Below, one piece after another: positions 38,777-48,024 of a DNA stretch of 64,000 bases; within the stretch, counting starts at the first letter, position 1; every line of letters begins with the position of its first letter. The DNA lies in NCBI GenBank assembly GCA_965215215.1, contig OZ244043.1:2610351-2674350 (forward strand). The letters are read 5' to 3'. This DNA is from Saprospiraceae bacterium. Lineage in GTDB: Bacteria > Bacteroidota > Bacteroidia > Chitinophagales > Saprospiraceae. The position numbers and the translations under genes were made by a program. The notes under the pieces are model-generated. The model was not told the origin of the DNA. It worked only from the letters and a program-made list of their open reading frames with translations, and ran no database searches.

Positions 38777-40984
38777 TTAAATGTCGTCGACCGTGCCGGT
38801 GCGATCCTTGTCGCCGATGTTGACGAACACGCCCACGAAGGGGAAGCGGGGGAAGACGTTGTCGACCTCGAGCCGGCCGTACTCCCCCCGCGCGTCGGGC
38901 GTCTGCGCGAAGCGGTACTGGTGTACCTGCCGGGCGCCGGCTACGTTGCTGAAGCTGGCGAAGATCACGGTGAAGTGTCCGCGGAGCTGGGTGACGTAGG
39001 TCACGTTCACGCTCAAGTCATGGAACCGGGGTGTAGTGCCGCCGAACCGCGTCGATGCGTCGTTCGGGTCGTCGTAGGGCCGACCGCTGTGGTAGCGGTA
39101 CGTGGCGCTGAAGCCGAGGCCCGGGCCGGGGAAGAAGCGTTTGGCGACCACGGCCAGGTTGTGCCGCGCCGCGAAAGGCACGGGTGCGCGCTCGGTGAGG
39201 GTCCCACGCAGTCGGGCGGCGTCGGTGTAGGAGTAGCTAACCCAGAAATCGGCGTTCTCGACGGTCTTGCGGTCGCGAAAGAATAGGTCGAGACCGCGGG
39301 CGTATCCATTGCCTTCGGTCGCGTACCCGCCCGCCTGGCCGGTCAGTACGTTGTCGTATCGTTTTGCGTAAGCTTCCGCCCGGAGCACCCGACCGTCCCA
39401 GCTTTTGGAGTAAGTGAGGCCAACGTGCGCGAGCGACGCGGGAGCGAGGTTCCGGCTCCCGCCGAAGAGCTCGTCCGCCCGTTGGCGCTGGCGGTACCGC
39501 CCGACGGAGAGGGCGAGTTGGTGGTCGGGCGAGAAGAGGTGGGAGAGTTGGAGGCGTGGCGACAAGCCAAGATCGCCGTCGCTGCTCGCGCTCCGAAAAT
39601 CGCGGTAGTAGTCCGCCCGCAAGCCCGTGCGCAACACCCACGAGGCGTTTAAATACCAGTCCGCTTCCGCAAAACTCGCCGTGTAGCTCCGACTGACGCT
39701 AGCGACCTCTTCGAGTCGATCGGTGCCGACCTCCACGCGTTCTCGACTGACATTTTGTTCGAGGCCCGCGCGCCAGAGGGCGCGCTCGGCGAAGTTGTCG
39801 CTGTACTGCAACCGGACCTGCAGGTCGTTCCGGTCGAGTGCCTTGGCCGAGCTATCGAAGGTGAAGCGGTCGCGGTCGGCGGCGAAGGAGGCGCCGAGCT
39901 CCCAGAGGCCGGTGCGACCCCGCGGTTGCTGGTAGACGGCCTGAGCGTAGAGGTTGCGGTTGGCGAGCGCGAGGTCGGTCGCTCCGTAGAAGATCGCTTC
40001 CCCGGCGTTTTCGCCGGCGTAGCGCTGGGTGCTCGCCTGCGCGAAGGTGCGCAGGTTGCGGCCGTCTTCGCCGGTCCACCAGTAGGCGAGCTGGCTGTTC
40101 AGGCCCTGCGGAACGGTGGTGATCTGGCGGGTGGCCTCTTTGTTGAGGGCGGTGTAGAGTCCGAGGTGTGTGCCGCCGAAGTTGAAGGCGATTGCCTCCC
40201 CGGGACGCAGCGTTTGGGTGTGACCGACGTCCGCGCCCACGGTCAGTAGGCTTACCGAGGTGATGTCTTCGGTGGGTACCGCCTGGGTCTGTAGGAGGAG
40301 TGCACCCGACAGCGCATCGCCGTAGGCGGCGGAGAAGCCACCGGTGGCGAAGGTGATGCCGCTGAAGGCAAAGGGACTGAAGCGAGTACGGCTCGGCACG
40401 TCGGGTAGGCCACTGGTGTAGAGTTGGGGTACGCGTAGGCCGTTGATGTAAGCTTGGGTCTCTTCGGCGCTGCCGCCGCGCACGAGGAGCTGACCGCTTT
40501 CGCCGGCGGGCGTGCTACCGGGCAGGGTGGAGAGCGCCTCGGCGAGATCGGCGGTGGCGCCGGTGGTGGCTACGTCCACGCTCGAGAGGACGGCGGTTTT
40601 GCGGGTATCGCTCGCCTCGAAGGCCCCGGCCGTGACGACGACCTCGGCCAAGGCGGTGGCGGTCGGCCTGAGTTTTAGCGTAAGCGACCCGGCGTTGGAA
40701 GCGGTAACGGCGATGCTGTCGCCGCGGAAGCCGACGTACTGCGTGTGGAGTTGGAAGGGGGGCGCTTCGGACGAAGTGAAGGCAAACTGGCCGAGGGAGT
40801 CCGAGCTCGCACCTTCGTAGGTAGTGGCGTGGTAGACGTTGACGCCGGTGAGCGGTTGGCCGGAAGCGTCGGTTACGGTACCGGCGACGGGGGTTTGCGA
40901 CCGAAGGAGGTCGGCCTGACCGAGGAGGAGGGTCACGAGGGAAAACTGAACCAGTCCGATGGATCCGGGGGTCGAAAGGCGCAT
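38777..40984 (-). CDS. TonB-dependent receptor with N-terminal carboxypeptidase-regulatory-like domain
   Basis: GTVTDASGQPLTGVNVYHATTYEGASSDSLGQFAF, a plug region (ALSTLPG, LLVRGG) and a long beta-barrel. Confidence 0.85.
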   Translation of the reverse strand: MRLSTPGSIGLVQFSLVTLLLGQADLLRSQTPVAGTVTDASGQPLTGVNVYHATTYEGASSDSLGQFAFTSSEAPPFQLHTQYVGFRGDSIAVTASNAGSLTLKLRPTATALAEVVVTAGAFEASDTRKTAVLSSVDVATTGATADLAEALSTLPGSTPAGESGQLLVRGGSAEETQAYINGLRVPQLYTSGLPDVPSRTRFSPFAFSGITFATGGFSAAYGDALSGALLLQTQAVPTEDITSVSLLTVGADVGHTQTLRPGEAIAFNFGGTHLGLYTALNKEATRQITTVPQGLNSQLAYWWTGEDGRNLRTFAQASTQRYAGENAGEAIFYGATDLALANRNLYAQAVYQQPRGRTGLWELGASFAADRDRFTFDSSAKALDRNDLQVRLQYSDNFAERALWRAGLEQNVSRERVEVGTDRLEEVASVSRSYTASFAEADWYLNASWVLRTGLRADYYRDFRSASSDGDLGLSPRLQLSHLFSPDHQLALSVGRYRQRQRADELFGGSRNLAPASLAHVGLTYSKSWDGRVLRAEAYAKRYDNVLTGQAGGYATEGNGYARGLDLFFRDRKTVENADFWVSYSYTDAARLRGTLTERAPVPFAARHNLAVVAKRFFPGPGLGFSATYRYHSGRPYDDPNDASTRFGGTTPRFHDLSVNVTYVTQLRGHFTVIFASFSNVAGARQVHQYRFAQTPDARGEYGRLEVDNVFPRFPFVGVFVNIGDKDRTGTVDDI
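39361..39373 (+). repeat. dispersed word, short variant GTTTTGCGTAAGC
   Basis: Inside the TonB-dependent receptor gene (AYAKR). Confidence 0.6.
39663..39675 (-). repeat. dispersed word, short variant (GCTTCCGCAAAAC)
   Basis: Inside the TonB-dependent receptor gene (SFAEA). Confidence 0.7.
40672..40686 (+). repeat. dispersed word GTTTTAGCGTAAGCG
   Basis: Inside the TonB-dependent receptor gene (SLTLKL). Confidence 0.85.
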
Positions 40985-41147
40985 AATGGGTAGTTTGATA
41001 CCCTAAAGCTGCCCGCCGATTCGGTCGGCGATCGTTCCGTTCTTTCTGAGTCGTAGATAATCCCGCTTGAATCGTAGGCGTCGTCGGGGACGCGGCGCGG
41101 CTACGGCCAGTGCACCCTCTCCGTAGTGCCTCCCGTTTACTACCGGC

Positions 41148-42167
41148 ATGCGTATTGCTGCCGCCATCCTGATTTTAATTGCCGTTTCGTCGATCGGATT
41201 CGTTGTTTACATCAATACCGCCACTCCCGTTGCGGGCGGTTCGAGCGCCGGCGGGACGGTCGATTCTCTGGCTGCCCCCGTGACGCCGGTACCGGAGCTG
41301 CGCGATCCGAGCGTCAAAGCGACCCCCGCATTGGGCGACGTGCCGACCCTGGCGAAGGCCCCGGCCGATGTGTACGACCCGAACGCGCTGCTCGCCGCTA
41401 CGCTCGACAGCGTGCGCGCCGATTTCGCCCGCCACCTCGTCGACCGTGAGATCGCCTTCCGCAAGATCCCCCGTCTGGGTTCCAAGGACAAGCGCGCGCT
41501 CAAGCGTTCGCGTAACGCAAAGCACGTCGAGTTCGCGAAGCGGCACGGCGTGAACGGCGACATCTCGGTCCACGAGCTGACCACCGGAGGGCTGTTGGTT
41601 CGGATGCCGGACACGACCGATTTGTACGTACTGCAGAACAACGCGGGCCTGTTGACGCCGAACGCCGTCGAGGTGGTCGAGTACATCTCGGAGCGTTTTC
41701 GCGAGGCGACCGCCGAAGCCGGACTGCCCCCTTACCGCCTCACGGTCTCGAGTACCTTCCGGAGTCCGGCCGACCAGAAGGCGTTGCGTCGGCGCAACAC
41801 GAACGCGACGAGCGGTCAGTCGAGTCACGAGTTCGGAACCACGTTCGACCTGGCTTACCAGCGCTACGCCAGCGCGCCCGAGGGAGTGCTCGACTCCCTG
41901 GCGTTCGTGGTACCCGATTCGATTCCGGCCCCGGCCCGCGCGGAGCTAGCGCGCGAGCTCCAGGTAGCCGAACGCAGCTGGTCGGTGGAGGCCGCGGCGC
42001 GCTATCCGAGTCGGATGCAGGCCCTGCTCGGTCGGGTTATGATCGACCTGGAGGATGAGGGGGTGCTGCTCGTCGTACGCGAGTGGCGCCAGCCCTGCTT
42101 TCACGCTACGGTAGCTCAGTCTGCCCCCGCGTTCGCCAGCGGGCGCCCGGGGCGCAAGCACTCGTAG
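41148..42167 (+). CDS. membrane-anchored LAS/M15-like (VanY-type) peptidase-fold protein, paralog 1
   Basis: N-terminal TM helix. SSHEFGTTFD fits the SxHxxGxAxD zinc-ligand signature of LAS peptidases, and the C-terminal EWRQPCFHATV resembles the EPWH element. It is a paralog of 46592..47464. Confidence 0.55.
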   Translation: MRIAAAILILIAVSSIGFVVYINTATPVAGGSSAGGTVDSLAAPVTPVPELRDPSVKATPALGDVPTLAKAPADVYDPNALLAATLDSVRADFARHLVDREIAFRKIPRLGSKDKRALKRSRNAKHVEFAKRHGVNGDISVHELTTGGLLVRMPDTTDLYVLQNNAGLLTPNAVEVVEYISERFREATAEAGLPPYRLTVSSTFRSPADQKALRRRNTNATSGQSSHEFGTTFDLAYQRYASAPEGVLDSLAFVVPDSIPAPARAELARELQVAERSWSVEAAARYPSRMQALLGRVMIDLEDEGVLLVVREWRQPCFHATVAQSAPAFASGRPGRKHS

Positions 42168-42276
42168 TGGGCCGCTTCGGGGGGCCTACTGTACTGCGTC
42201 AGCGTTACTGTGTTCCAGAGGTCCGGCTTACGGCTCGGGCTACTCGGGGCAAGCGGCGCGCGTAGACCCAAACGAC

Positions 42277-42310
42277 GAGAGCAGCAGCGCTACGGGGCGC
42301 TGCTGCTCTC
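42277..42310. terminator. hairpin between convergent genes
   Basis: gagagcagcagcgc-tacggg-gcgctgctgctctc, a 14-bp stem. Confidence 0.55.
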
Positions 42311-42338
42311 AGTAAGTAGTCCTACGGAGAAGACCGCC

Positions 42339-43901
42339 TTACTGGCGTATACCGCGTACGAGTCGAATGACGGATCCCCGCTGAAGGCGGAAAATAACGG
42401 GTCCGCGCGGGTAATCGCGGGTATCGAGGCGTACGGACTGCTCGCCGGCGGGGAGTGTCATGTCGAATAGGTTCTCGACGTGGCGACCCGCGGAGTCGTA
42501 AGCGTTCAGGCTTACGCGGCCCCTTGCCCCGGTGGTGAAGGTGAGTTGCGACCAATCGTCGAATGGGTTCGGGGAGAGACCGAGTCCGTCGGTGGTGACC
42601 GGTTCTTCGCCGCCGCGCTCGCCGATGGATTTGTCGACACAACCGCGGATGATCGGAAGCCTGGTGTAATCGTCGTAGAGTAGTTCACGGACGTCGCTCG
42701 CGTCGAGGTTAAACCAATCCTCGAGGATGCTACCGTACACATCGCGGAAATCGTACTGCATCGCCACACCCTCGCGATCGTCGATCGCTTTGTCGATGTA
42801 GGGGTTGGAACCCGTTACGCCGCCCTGCACGCAGGAGCCGAAAAGAAACAGCGGAGCCGCCGTCCCGTGGTCGGTGCCCCGGTTGCCGTTCGAACGGATC
42901 TGCCGTCCGAACTCCGAGTAGGTCATACCGACCACACGCTCCGTGAGGCCCTGGGCGTTGATGTCGGCCTGGAAGGCGGCGATCGCGTCGCCGACGAGCT
43001 GCAGGCGATTGGCGTGTGCACCCTTCGTGTGATCGCCGCTGTCGACTTGATCGTCGTGCGTGTCGAAGCCACCGAGGGTAACGACGTAGAGGTTCGTGCG
43101 CAGCCCGCCCGAAATCATGCGAGCTACGTGGCTCAAACGCTCGGCGAGCTCGTTCTTGACCGGGTATTCGACGGTATTCGTACCCCGATCCGCGGCGGTC
43201 TTCACGGCGTTGCCGTAAGCGTTCGCCGCCGTGATGCTCTCGCGGATGAAACTGAGTTCGCGCCCGTACGCCCGATCCGGGGTCGGGCCGGCACCGGAGT
43301 CGAGCAGCCCGGAAGAGCGCGAGGGGTTAGGTGTGGTGAAACCGAAGTTCTGACGGACGCCCTGGCAGGTTTCGCTAACGGAATAGCCGACGGTAACCGC
43401 GATCGGGTCGGGCCGGGCTGCGGAAGGGTAGCCCTTGGGGTAGCTGGGATATTGTTTGTCGAAGTTGCGCCCCATCCAACCTTGGGTCCACACGTCGTCG
43501 GCGGGGGAACCCGACTGCCAGATGTCCGTCGAACGGAAGTGACTGCGGTTTTGGTCCGGATAGCCCACGCTCTGAATGATGGCGAGCTTGCCTTGATCGT
43601 GGACTTCGGCCAGCCCGCGCAGGGCGGGGTGTAAGCCCCGGTTGGCGTCGATATCGATGAGCTTGTTGCGCGGGATGGCGATGTTGCCACGCACCTCGTT
43701 GAGGTTGTCGAGCTGATCGAGTGGCACGACGGTGTTGAGTCCGTCGTTTCCGCCGGCGAGCTGAATGAGTACCAAGACCCGGTCAGTCGGGTTGACGGTG
43801 AGCGCGTGGGAGAGGGTTCGGGCGGAGAGTCCGATCGGTACCCCGCTCAGTACGGGAACGGCGGCGGCAGCGGAATTGACGAGGAAGTCGCGACGCTTCA
43901 T
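42339..43901 (-). CDS. DUF1501 (sulfatase-fold) protein with Tat-type signal and T9SS C-terminal domain
   Basis: MKRRDFLVNSAAAAVPVLSG carries a twin-arginine motif. The body is DUF1501-like (TDHGTAAPLFLFG). The last ~80 aa, LGLSPNPFDDWSQLTF...PVIFRLQ, resemble a CTD. Confidence 0.8.
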   Translation of the reverse strand: MKRRDFLVNSAAAAVPVLSGVPIGLSARTLSHALTVNPTDRVLVLIQLAGGNDGLNTVVPLDQLDNLNEVRGNIAIPRNKLIDIDANRGLHPALRGLAEVHDQGKLAIIQSVGYPDQNRSHFRSTDIWQSGSPADDVWTQGWMGRNFDKQYPSYPKGYPSAARPDPIAVTVGYSVSETCQGVRQNFGFTTPNPSRSSGLLDSGAGPTPDRAYGRELSFIRESITAANAYGNAVKTAADRGTNTVEYPVKNELAERLSHVARMISGGLRTNLYVVTLGGFDTHDDQVDSGDHTKGAHANRLQLVGDAIAAFQADINAQGLTERVVGMTYSEFGRQIRSNGNRGTDHGTAAPLFLFGSCVQGGVTGSNPYIDKAIDDREGVAMQYDFRDVYGSILEDWFNLDASDVRELLYDDYTRLPIIRGCVDKSIGERGGEEPVTTDGLGLSPNPFDDWSQLTFTTGARGRVSLNAYDSAGRHVENLFDMTLPAGEQSVRLDTRDYPRGPVIFRLQRGSVIRLVRGIRQ

Positions 43902-43976
43902 GCGGGAGAATTTGCTCCGGACGCTTGGGCCGGGGGAATACGGGAAAAAGGCGGGTGAGCTAGTGGGGGAAGAGGC

Positions 43977-45590
43977 TTAGTACAGGTGGAACTCGGCGCT
44001 GTTCATGATGGCGCTAACGAGGTTAGCGACTTTGTTACGGACGCTGCGCGCGATCATCTTGTCCCCCGGATTACGGAGGTAGTTGCCGTATTCGGCCGTC
44101 CACTCGAAGTCCGGTAGGCCGGGGATGAGTACGTTCTTCAACCCTTCCAACTGCTCCGGCGTGAGGGCCTCGTAGATGAGCCGGCAGCTGATCCGCTGTA
44201 CGAGCTTGTTCGGGTCTTCGGCGTCCGGAATGCTCCCGACGAAGGCGAGCAGGTCCGGAACCTGCTGATCGTAATCCCGACTGTCGAACCCATTGGTAGT
44301 CGCCTGCTTAACGATTTTGGCGCGTTCGGTAATCGTACTGGCGTTGATCCAGATTCGGTTGTACTGCGGGGCCTGGTAGTAGGCTTTCCAACCCGCTACA
44401 CTCGGTGCCACACCGATGTCCTGTTCGAGTCGCTTGGTGCTGTAGTCGATCTTGCGGGCAAACCAGTAGAGGGTCCTGTTGTCTTTAGGCAGATCGTGGC
44501 CCAGGCAACGGAACGTATCGATCTGGAATTCGAGCGGGCTTTTGATTAGGCCCGTGCGATTGACGCGCGCGAAAAAATGCTCGCTCTCCAACAACGTCCG
44601 CAGAACCGGCTTAACGTTGAAGTCGTTTTCGCGCAGCATCGCCCCTAAAGGCTTGATGATGTCGCGCTCTATCGCGGGTGTGATCTTGTGGTAGACGAAG
44701 TAGCGGTAGAGCTTACGGCACAGGTAATCCCCGATCCGGGAATTCTTGAAAATCGTATTGATAACAATCTTGTACTCGTCGGCACCGGCATCCTTGATCA
44801 CGGTGTTCCCGAAGTAACCGCTCAGCTGCTTGTCCGTATCGTCGTGAAATTTGGGATCGAACTCCGAGCCCGGCATCACGCCGGGTACCTTCGAGTGGAT
44901 ATCCCGCAACCGCCAGCCGGTTAGAGCGCGGGCGAAAGCGCGAATGTCGTCTTCGGTGAAGTTGCCGTAATCCCCCTCTTCCCCCTGCTCGCCTTTACCG
45001 AGCGTAAAGAGTTCGAGGAGCTCGCGGGCGTAATTTTCGTTCGGACTGTAACCAACGCTCTTGTCACCGTTGAGGAACCGAAGCATAACCGGCTCGACGG
45101 TGACCTCCGTAATGAGCTTACGGAAGTTGCCGATCGTGTGGCGGCGTAGTGTCGCTAGGTAGTTATAGTAAGCCCGCTGGTCGAACTCGCGAACCGCGGA
45201 GAAGTGATTCTTCCAGAACAGCGACATCTTCGCCGCGATGGTGGAATCCTCGGCGAGGTACATGAGCATTTGGTAGGCCCGGATGCTGTCGTCGCGGTAG
45301 TTGTCACCGTCGACGTGCGGCGCCTTGGCCCAAGACTTCCCGATAGGAACGTAGGGATCGTCCTCGGATTCGGTGTTGAGCGGCTCGCCTAGATCGGGCG
45401 GTGGGGCTAGAAGTCCGTCGAGCGTAGCGCTGAGCCCGGCCTTCGAGGCAGCCTGGGCTTCCTCGTAGCGCACACCGTAACGGGTGCGCCTGAGCAGGTA
45501 GAAAGCATCATCCGGATCAAACGTGCCGCGGTAAGGTGCGAGCTCGTCGACCGTGTAGGCAGACGAGGAGAAAGTAGGTGTTGTTATCAT
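43977..45590 (-). CDS. DUF1800 family protein
   Basis: 537 aa, lying directly upstream of the DUF1501 gene (the usual pairing). Contains FWKNHF and LELFTLG strings. Confidence 0.75.
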   Translation of the reverse strand: MITTPTFSSSAYTVDELAPYRGTFDPDDAFYLLRRTRYGVRYEEAQAASKAGLSATLDGLLAPPPDLGEPLNTESEDDPYVPIGKSWAKAPHVDGDNYRDDSIRAYQMLMYLAEDSTIAAKMSLFWKNHFSAVREFDQRAYYNYLATLRRHTIGNFRKLITEVTVEPVMLRFLNGDKSVGYSPNENYARELLELFTLGKGEQGEEGDYGNFTEDDIRAFARALTGWRLRDIHSKVPGVMPGSEFDPKFHDDTDKQLSGYFGNTVIKDAGADEYKIVINTIFKNSRIGDYLCRKLYRYFVYHKITPAIERDIIKPLGAMLRENDFNVKPVLRTLLESEHFFARVNRTGLIKSPLEFQIDTFRCLGHDLPKDNRTLYWFARKIDYSTKRLEQDIGVAPSVAGWKAYYQAPQYNRIWINASTITERAKIVKQATTNGFDSRDYDQQVPDLLAFVGSIPDAEDPNKLVQRISCRLIYEALTPEQLEGLKNVLIPGLPDFEWTAEYGNYLRNPGDKMIARSVRNKVANLVSAIMNSAEFHLY

Positions 45591-46591
45591 GAAAGTCTAC
45601 TTCAACTTGAAAAGACCGGCGAACCAAGTATACAATAATTCGTTGAAATCAAACAAATATTAATTATCTATAATAATGAGGACCCTAAGGAGTTTGCAAA
45701 CAATTTGTTACACCAGTCGTATGCCTGTATTTATAAATTATCAATAATTCACCTGTCCAATGACACGCTAGTATACGCGAAAACAAATCGAAGTCCAGAG
45801 GGGAAGATTTCTACACTTCGTTAACCGCGCCTTCACGACAACGTACGCTTTAGGTACGGGTCAAGAGGCAGTGAGGGTTGTCCGCGGTTTGTAAGTGAAA
45901 TGCAAGATCAAAATTTACGTTGACGCTCCGCCGATACACGTAAATCGAGTGTTTACGTGTATTCTGGGGCTTATTGTCGTTCGGACGGGAAGGGGGTGAA
46001 CGGGAGGCCAGTGTAGATACATGGTTTTAAATCATATTCGTTAATGCTTGTTAGTGTCATAGTTACGCTATCGACGTGTTGTATTTTTACGGGTTCGCGA
46101 AAGCATTACCGAGCTTCTGAGCCTTATATACTACGCGTTTGCTTAAACTAACTATGCAAAAAAAAGCTACACGGCACCGGTCGGTCCGTAAAGGCACGCC
46201 GTGGTTCTAGACTCGGTGGTCCAAGCCAAAATCGCATACGGATTAAGTTCTATGCGTTACGCCTATTCAATTGAGAATCCCCGTTCGGCGTACTTAAATT
46301 TCGTTTGAAAAGACTCAACTCCCGAGCGAACGTCGTCCGCAATCCGGGCGAGCGACTCACATGTATGATTTTTACAATATCTGTGCCGGGTCGCCGCTAA
46401 CCCTCCCCTCGGCACCCACGATCGGGTCAGTTTCGGGGTTAACGATCTCACAAGGCGCACCGGAGTGGTCCGCCGGACCCAAACGATCTCCATCCCCGTA
46501 GCGTCGATGCGCGCCCGCTTATCCGTCCCGCCGGAAGCAATTTCCGAAACCTACTCGGGCCGACCGGCAGAGTATTTGTAGGCCCTTCTGC
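45591..46591. other. about 1 kb AT-rich region without a credible ORF
   Basis: Composition drops sharply; for example 45661-45720 has 20/60 G+C against 45/60 for 48061-48120. The only track ORF (46263..46493) has no recognisable features. Confidence 0.8.
45936..45960. promoter_or_regulatory. perfect 9-bp inverted repeat, candidate operator
   Basis: acacgtaaa-tcgagtg-tttacgtgt. A third TTTACGT occurs at 45914-45920. Confidence 0.25.
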
Positions 46592-47464
46592 GTGCGCGTG
46601 ATTTTGTTCGTTCTATCCGTAGGCTTTGCCCTCTCCTTCGTGTATCCCTGGGCCGCGGAGGCCCCCGAGCGTGAGCTCTCCTCCTTCTACGTACCTACCG
46701 TTTCGCAAGTCTCCCTCGATAGCTTCGAACTCGCCTTCCGGCAACACCTGGTTCGGCGCGGACTTCGGTACAGCCGGGTCAGGCGCCTCTCCTCGCGGGA
46801 GAAGCGTCTGCTGCGGCGCAGCCGGAACGATCGCCACTTGGAGCTCGCCGCCCGTATCGGGCACCACCACGAAGCCGAGCCCGCCGTTTTGCAGCAGCAA
46901 GGCGTCCTCACCGAGTTGGCACGGGAGACGCCGTACTACACGATCTACGATAACCCCGGGGTACTCACGCCCGACGCTGCCGCCGCGCTCGACCTGATCG
47001 GCGCGGAATTTCAAGTAAAGCTCATCGAGGCCGGGCTAGCGCCAGCCAAATTCACGATATCGAGCACGTACCGTTCGGCCGCCTACCAGAAACGCCTGCG
47101 GCGACGCAACCGCAATGCGACCCGCGGGACCTCCAGTCACGAGTTCGGGACGACCTTCGACCTGGCGTACCACAGGTACGCAGCGGCCGCACCGGGTACC
47201 GCGGACCCCGGGCGGTACCGGGTGCCGACCCACTTGTCGTCGGTTACGCGCCGACTGCTCGACGCGCGGTTTGCGGCCCGGGAGCGTGCCTGGGCGGGTA
47301 AGCGGCAGAGCCGACACCTCAGTCGGATGGAGGCGCTGCTCGGGCGCGCGCTCATCGCGCTGGAGGACGAGGGGAGGTTGATCGCGCTGCGCGAATGGCG
47401 TCAGCCCTGCTTCCACATTACCGTAGCGGAGAAGCTGGCCGAAAAAAGCCCGGCAACCACGTAG
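46592..47464 (+). CDS. membrane-anchored LAS/M15-like peptidase-fold protein, paralog 2
   Basis: GTG start and a TM helix. It shares long strings with 41148..42167 (SSHEFGTTFDLAY, RRRN.NAT, LEDEG, REWRQPCFH.TVA). Confidence 0.55.
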   Translation: MRVILFVLSVGFALSFVYPWAAEAPERELSSFYVPTVSQVSLDSFELAFRQHLVRRGLRYSRVRRLSSREKRLLRRSRNDRHLELAARIGHHHEAEPAVLQQQGVLTELARETPYYTIYDNPGVLTPDAAAALDLIGAEFQVKLIEAGLAPAKFTISSTYRSAAYQKRLRRRNRNATRGTSSHEFGTTFDLAYHRYAAAAPGTADPGRYRVPTHLSSVTRRLLDARFAARERAWAGKRQSRHLSRMEALLGRALIALEDEGRLIALREWRQPCFHITVAEKLAEKSPATT

Positions 47465-47499
47465 GCGCCGGGACTCAAAAGAAATTCGTGTTCGTGGGC

Positions 47500-47961
47500 C
47501 TACATGCCTTCGAGCTCGGCCCCCGAACTCTCGAGCGCGGTACCTAGCTGCTCGAGGGAAGCGTCCGATGCGCCGGCCTCTTTGGTGGCCACGCCCAGCT
47601 TCGAGAGGGTCGCACCCACGGCCTTACCGTCGATGGTCGACGCGGAGAGTTGGGTTTTGAGGGTACGGAGATCGGTCTGGATGGCCGATCCGCCGGGCAC
47701 GCCGTCGAGTTTGCCGATCCAGGCGTCGATGTTGGCGATCGCGTCCTCCGGGGAGAGGTTGGTGAGGCCGCCGGCGGAGGTGGCGGCTTCGAGGGTGGCG
47801 TCGGCGGTCACGTCCGCGGCACCTGCGACGTCGGAGGCGCGGTCGCTCACGTCGTCACTCATCTCCGTGGCGGCGTCGGAGGTGTCCGAGGTGGTGTTCT
47901 TGGTGGTGTTGCAGGCAACGAGGCTGCCGGCGAAAAGGGTGGCGAAAAGGATGCGGGTCAT
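47500..47961 (-). CDS. hypothetical lipoprotein
   Basis: MTRILFATLFAGSLVAC carries a lipobox. The sequence is acidic and Ala/Ser/Thr-rich. Confidence 0.5.
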   Translation of the reverse strand: MTRILFATLFAGSLVACNTTKNTTSDTSDAATEMSDDVSDRASDVAGAADVTADATLEAATSAGGLTNLSPEDAIANIDAWIGKLDGVPGGSAIQTDLRTLKTQLSASTIDGKAVGATLSKLGVATKEAGASDASLEQLGTALESSGAELEGM

Positions 47962-48024
47962 GGGGTTTAGTTTGAGTTCATTAGCCTAACCCCGTTTGCC
48001 CAATCCTGTTCGTACCGGCCGCGG

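Noticed and set aside
40985-41147. A possible cobalamin riboswitch in the leader of the TonB-dependent receptor (a GCACTGG string).
   Set aside because: There is no proper B12 box (GCCACTG) or flanking conserved helices recognisable by eye. The region also serves as the divergent promoter for the gene at 41148.
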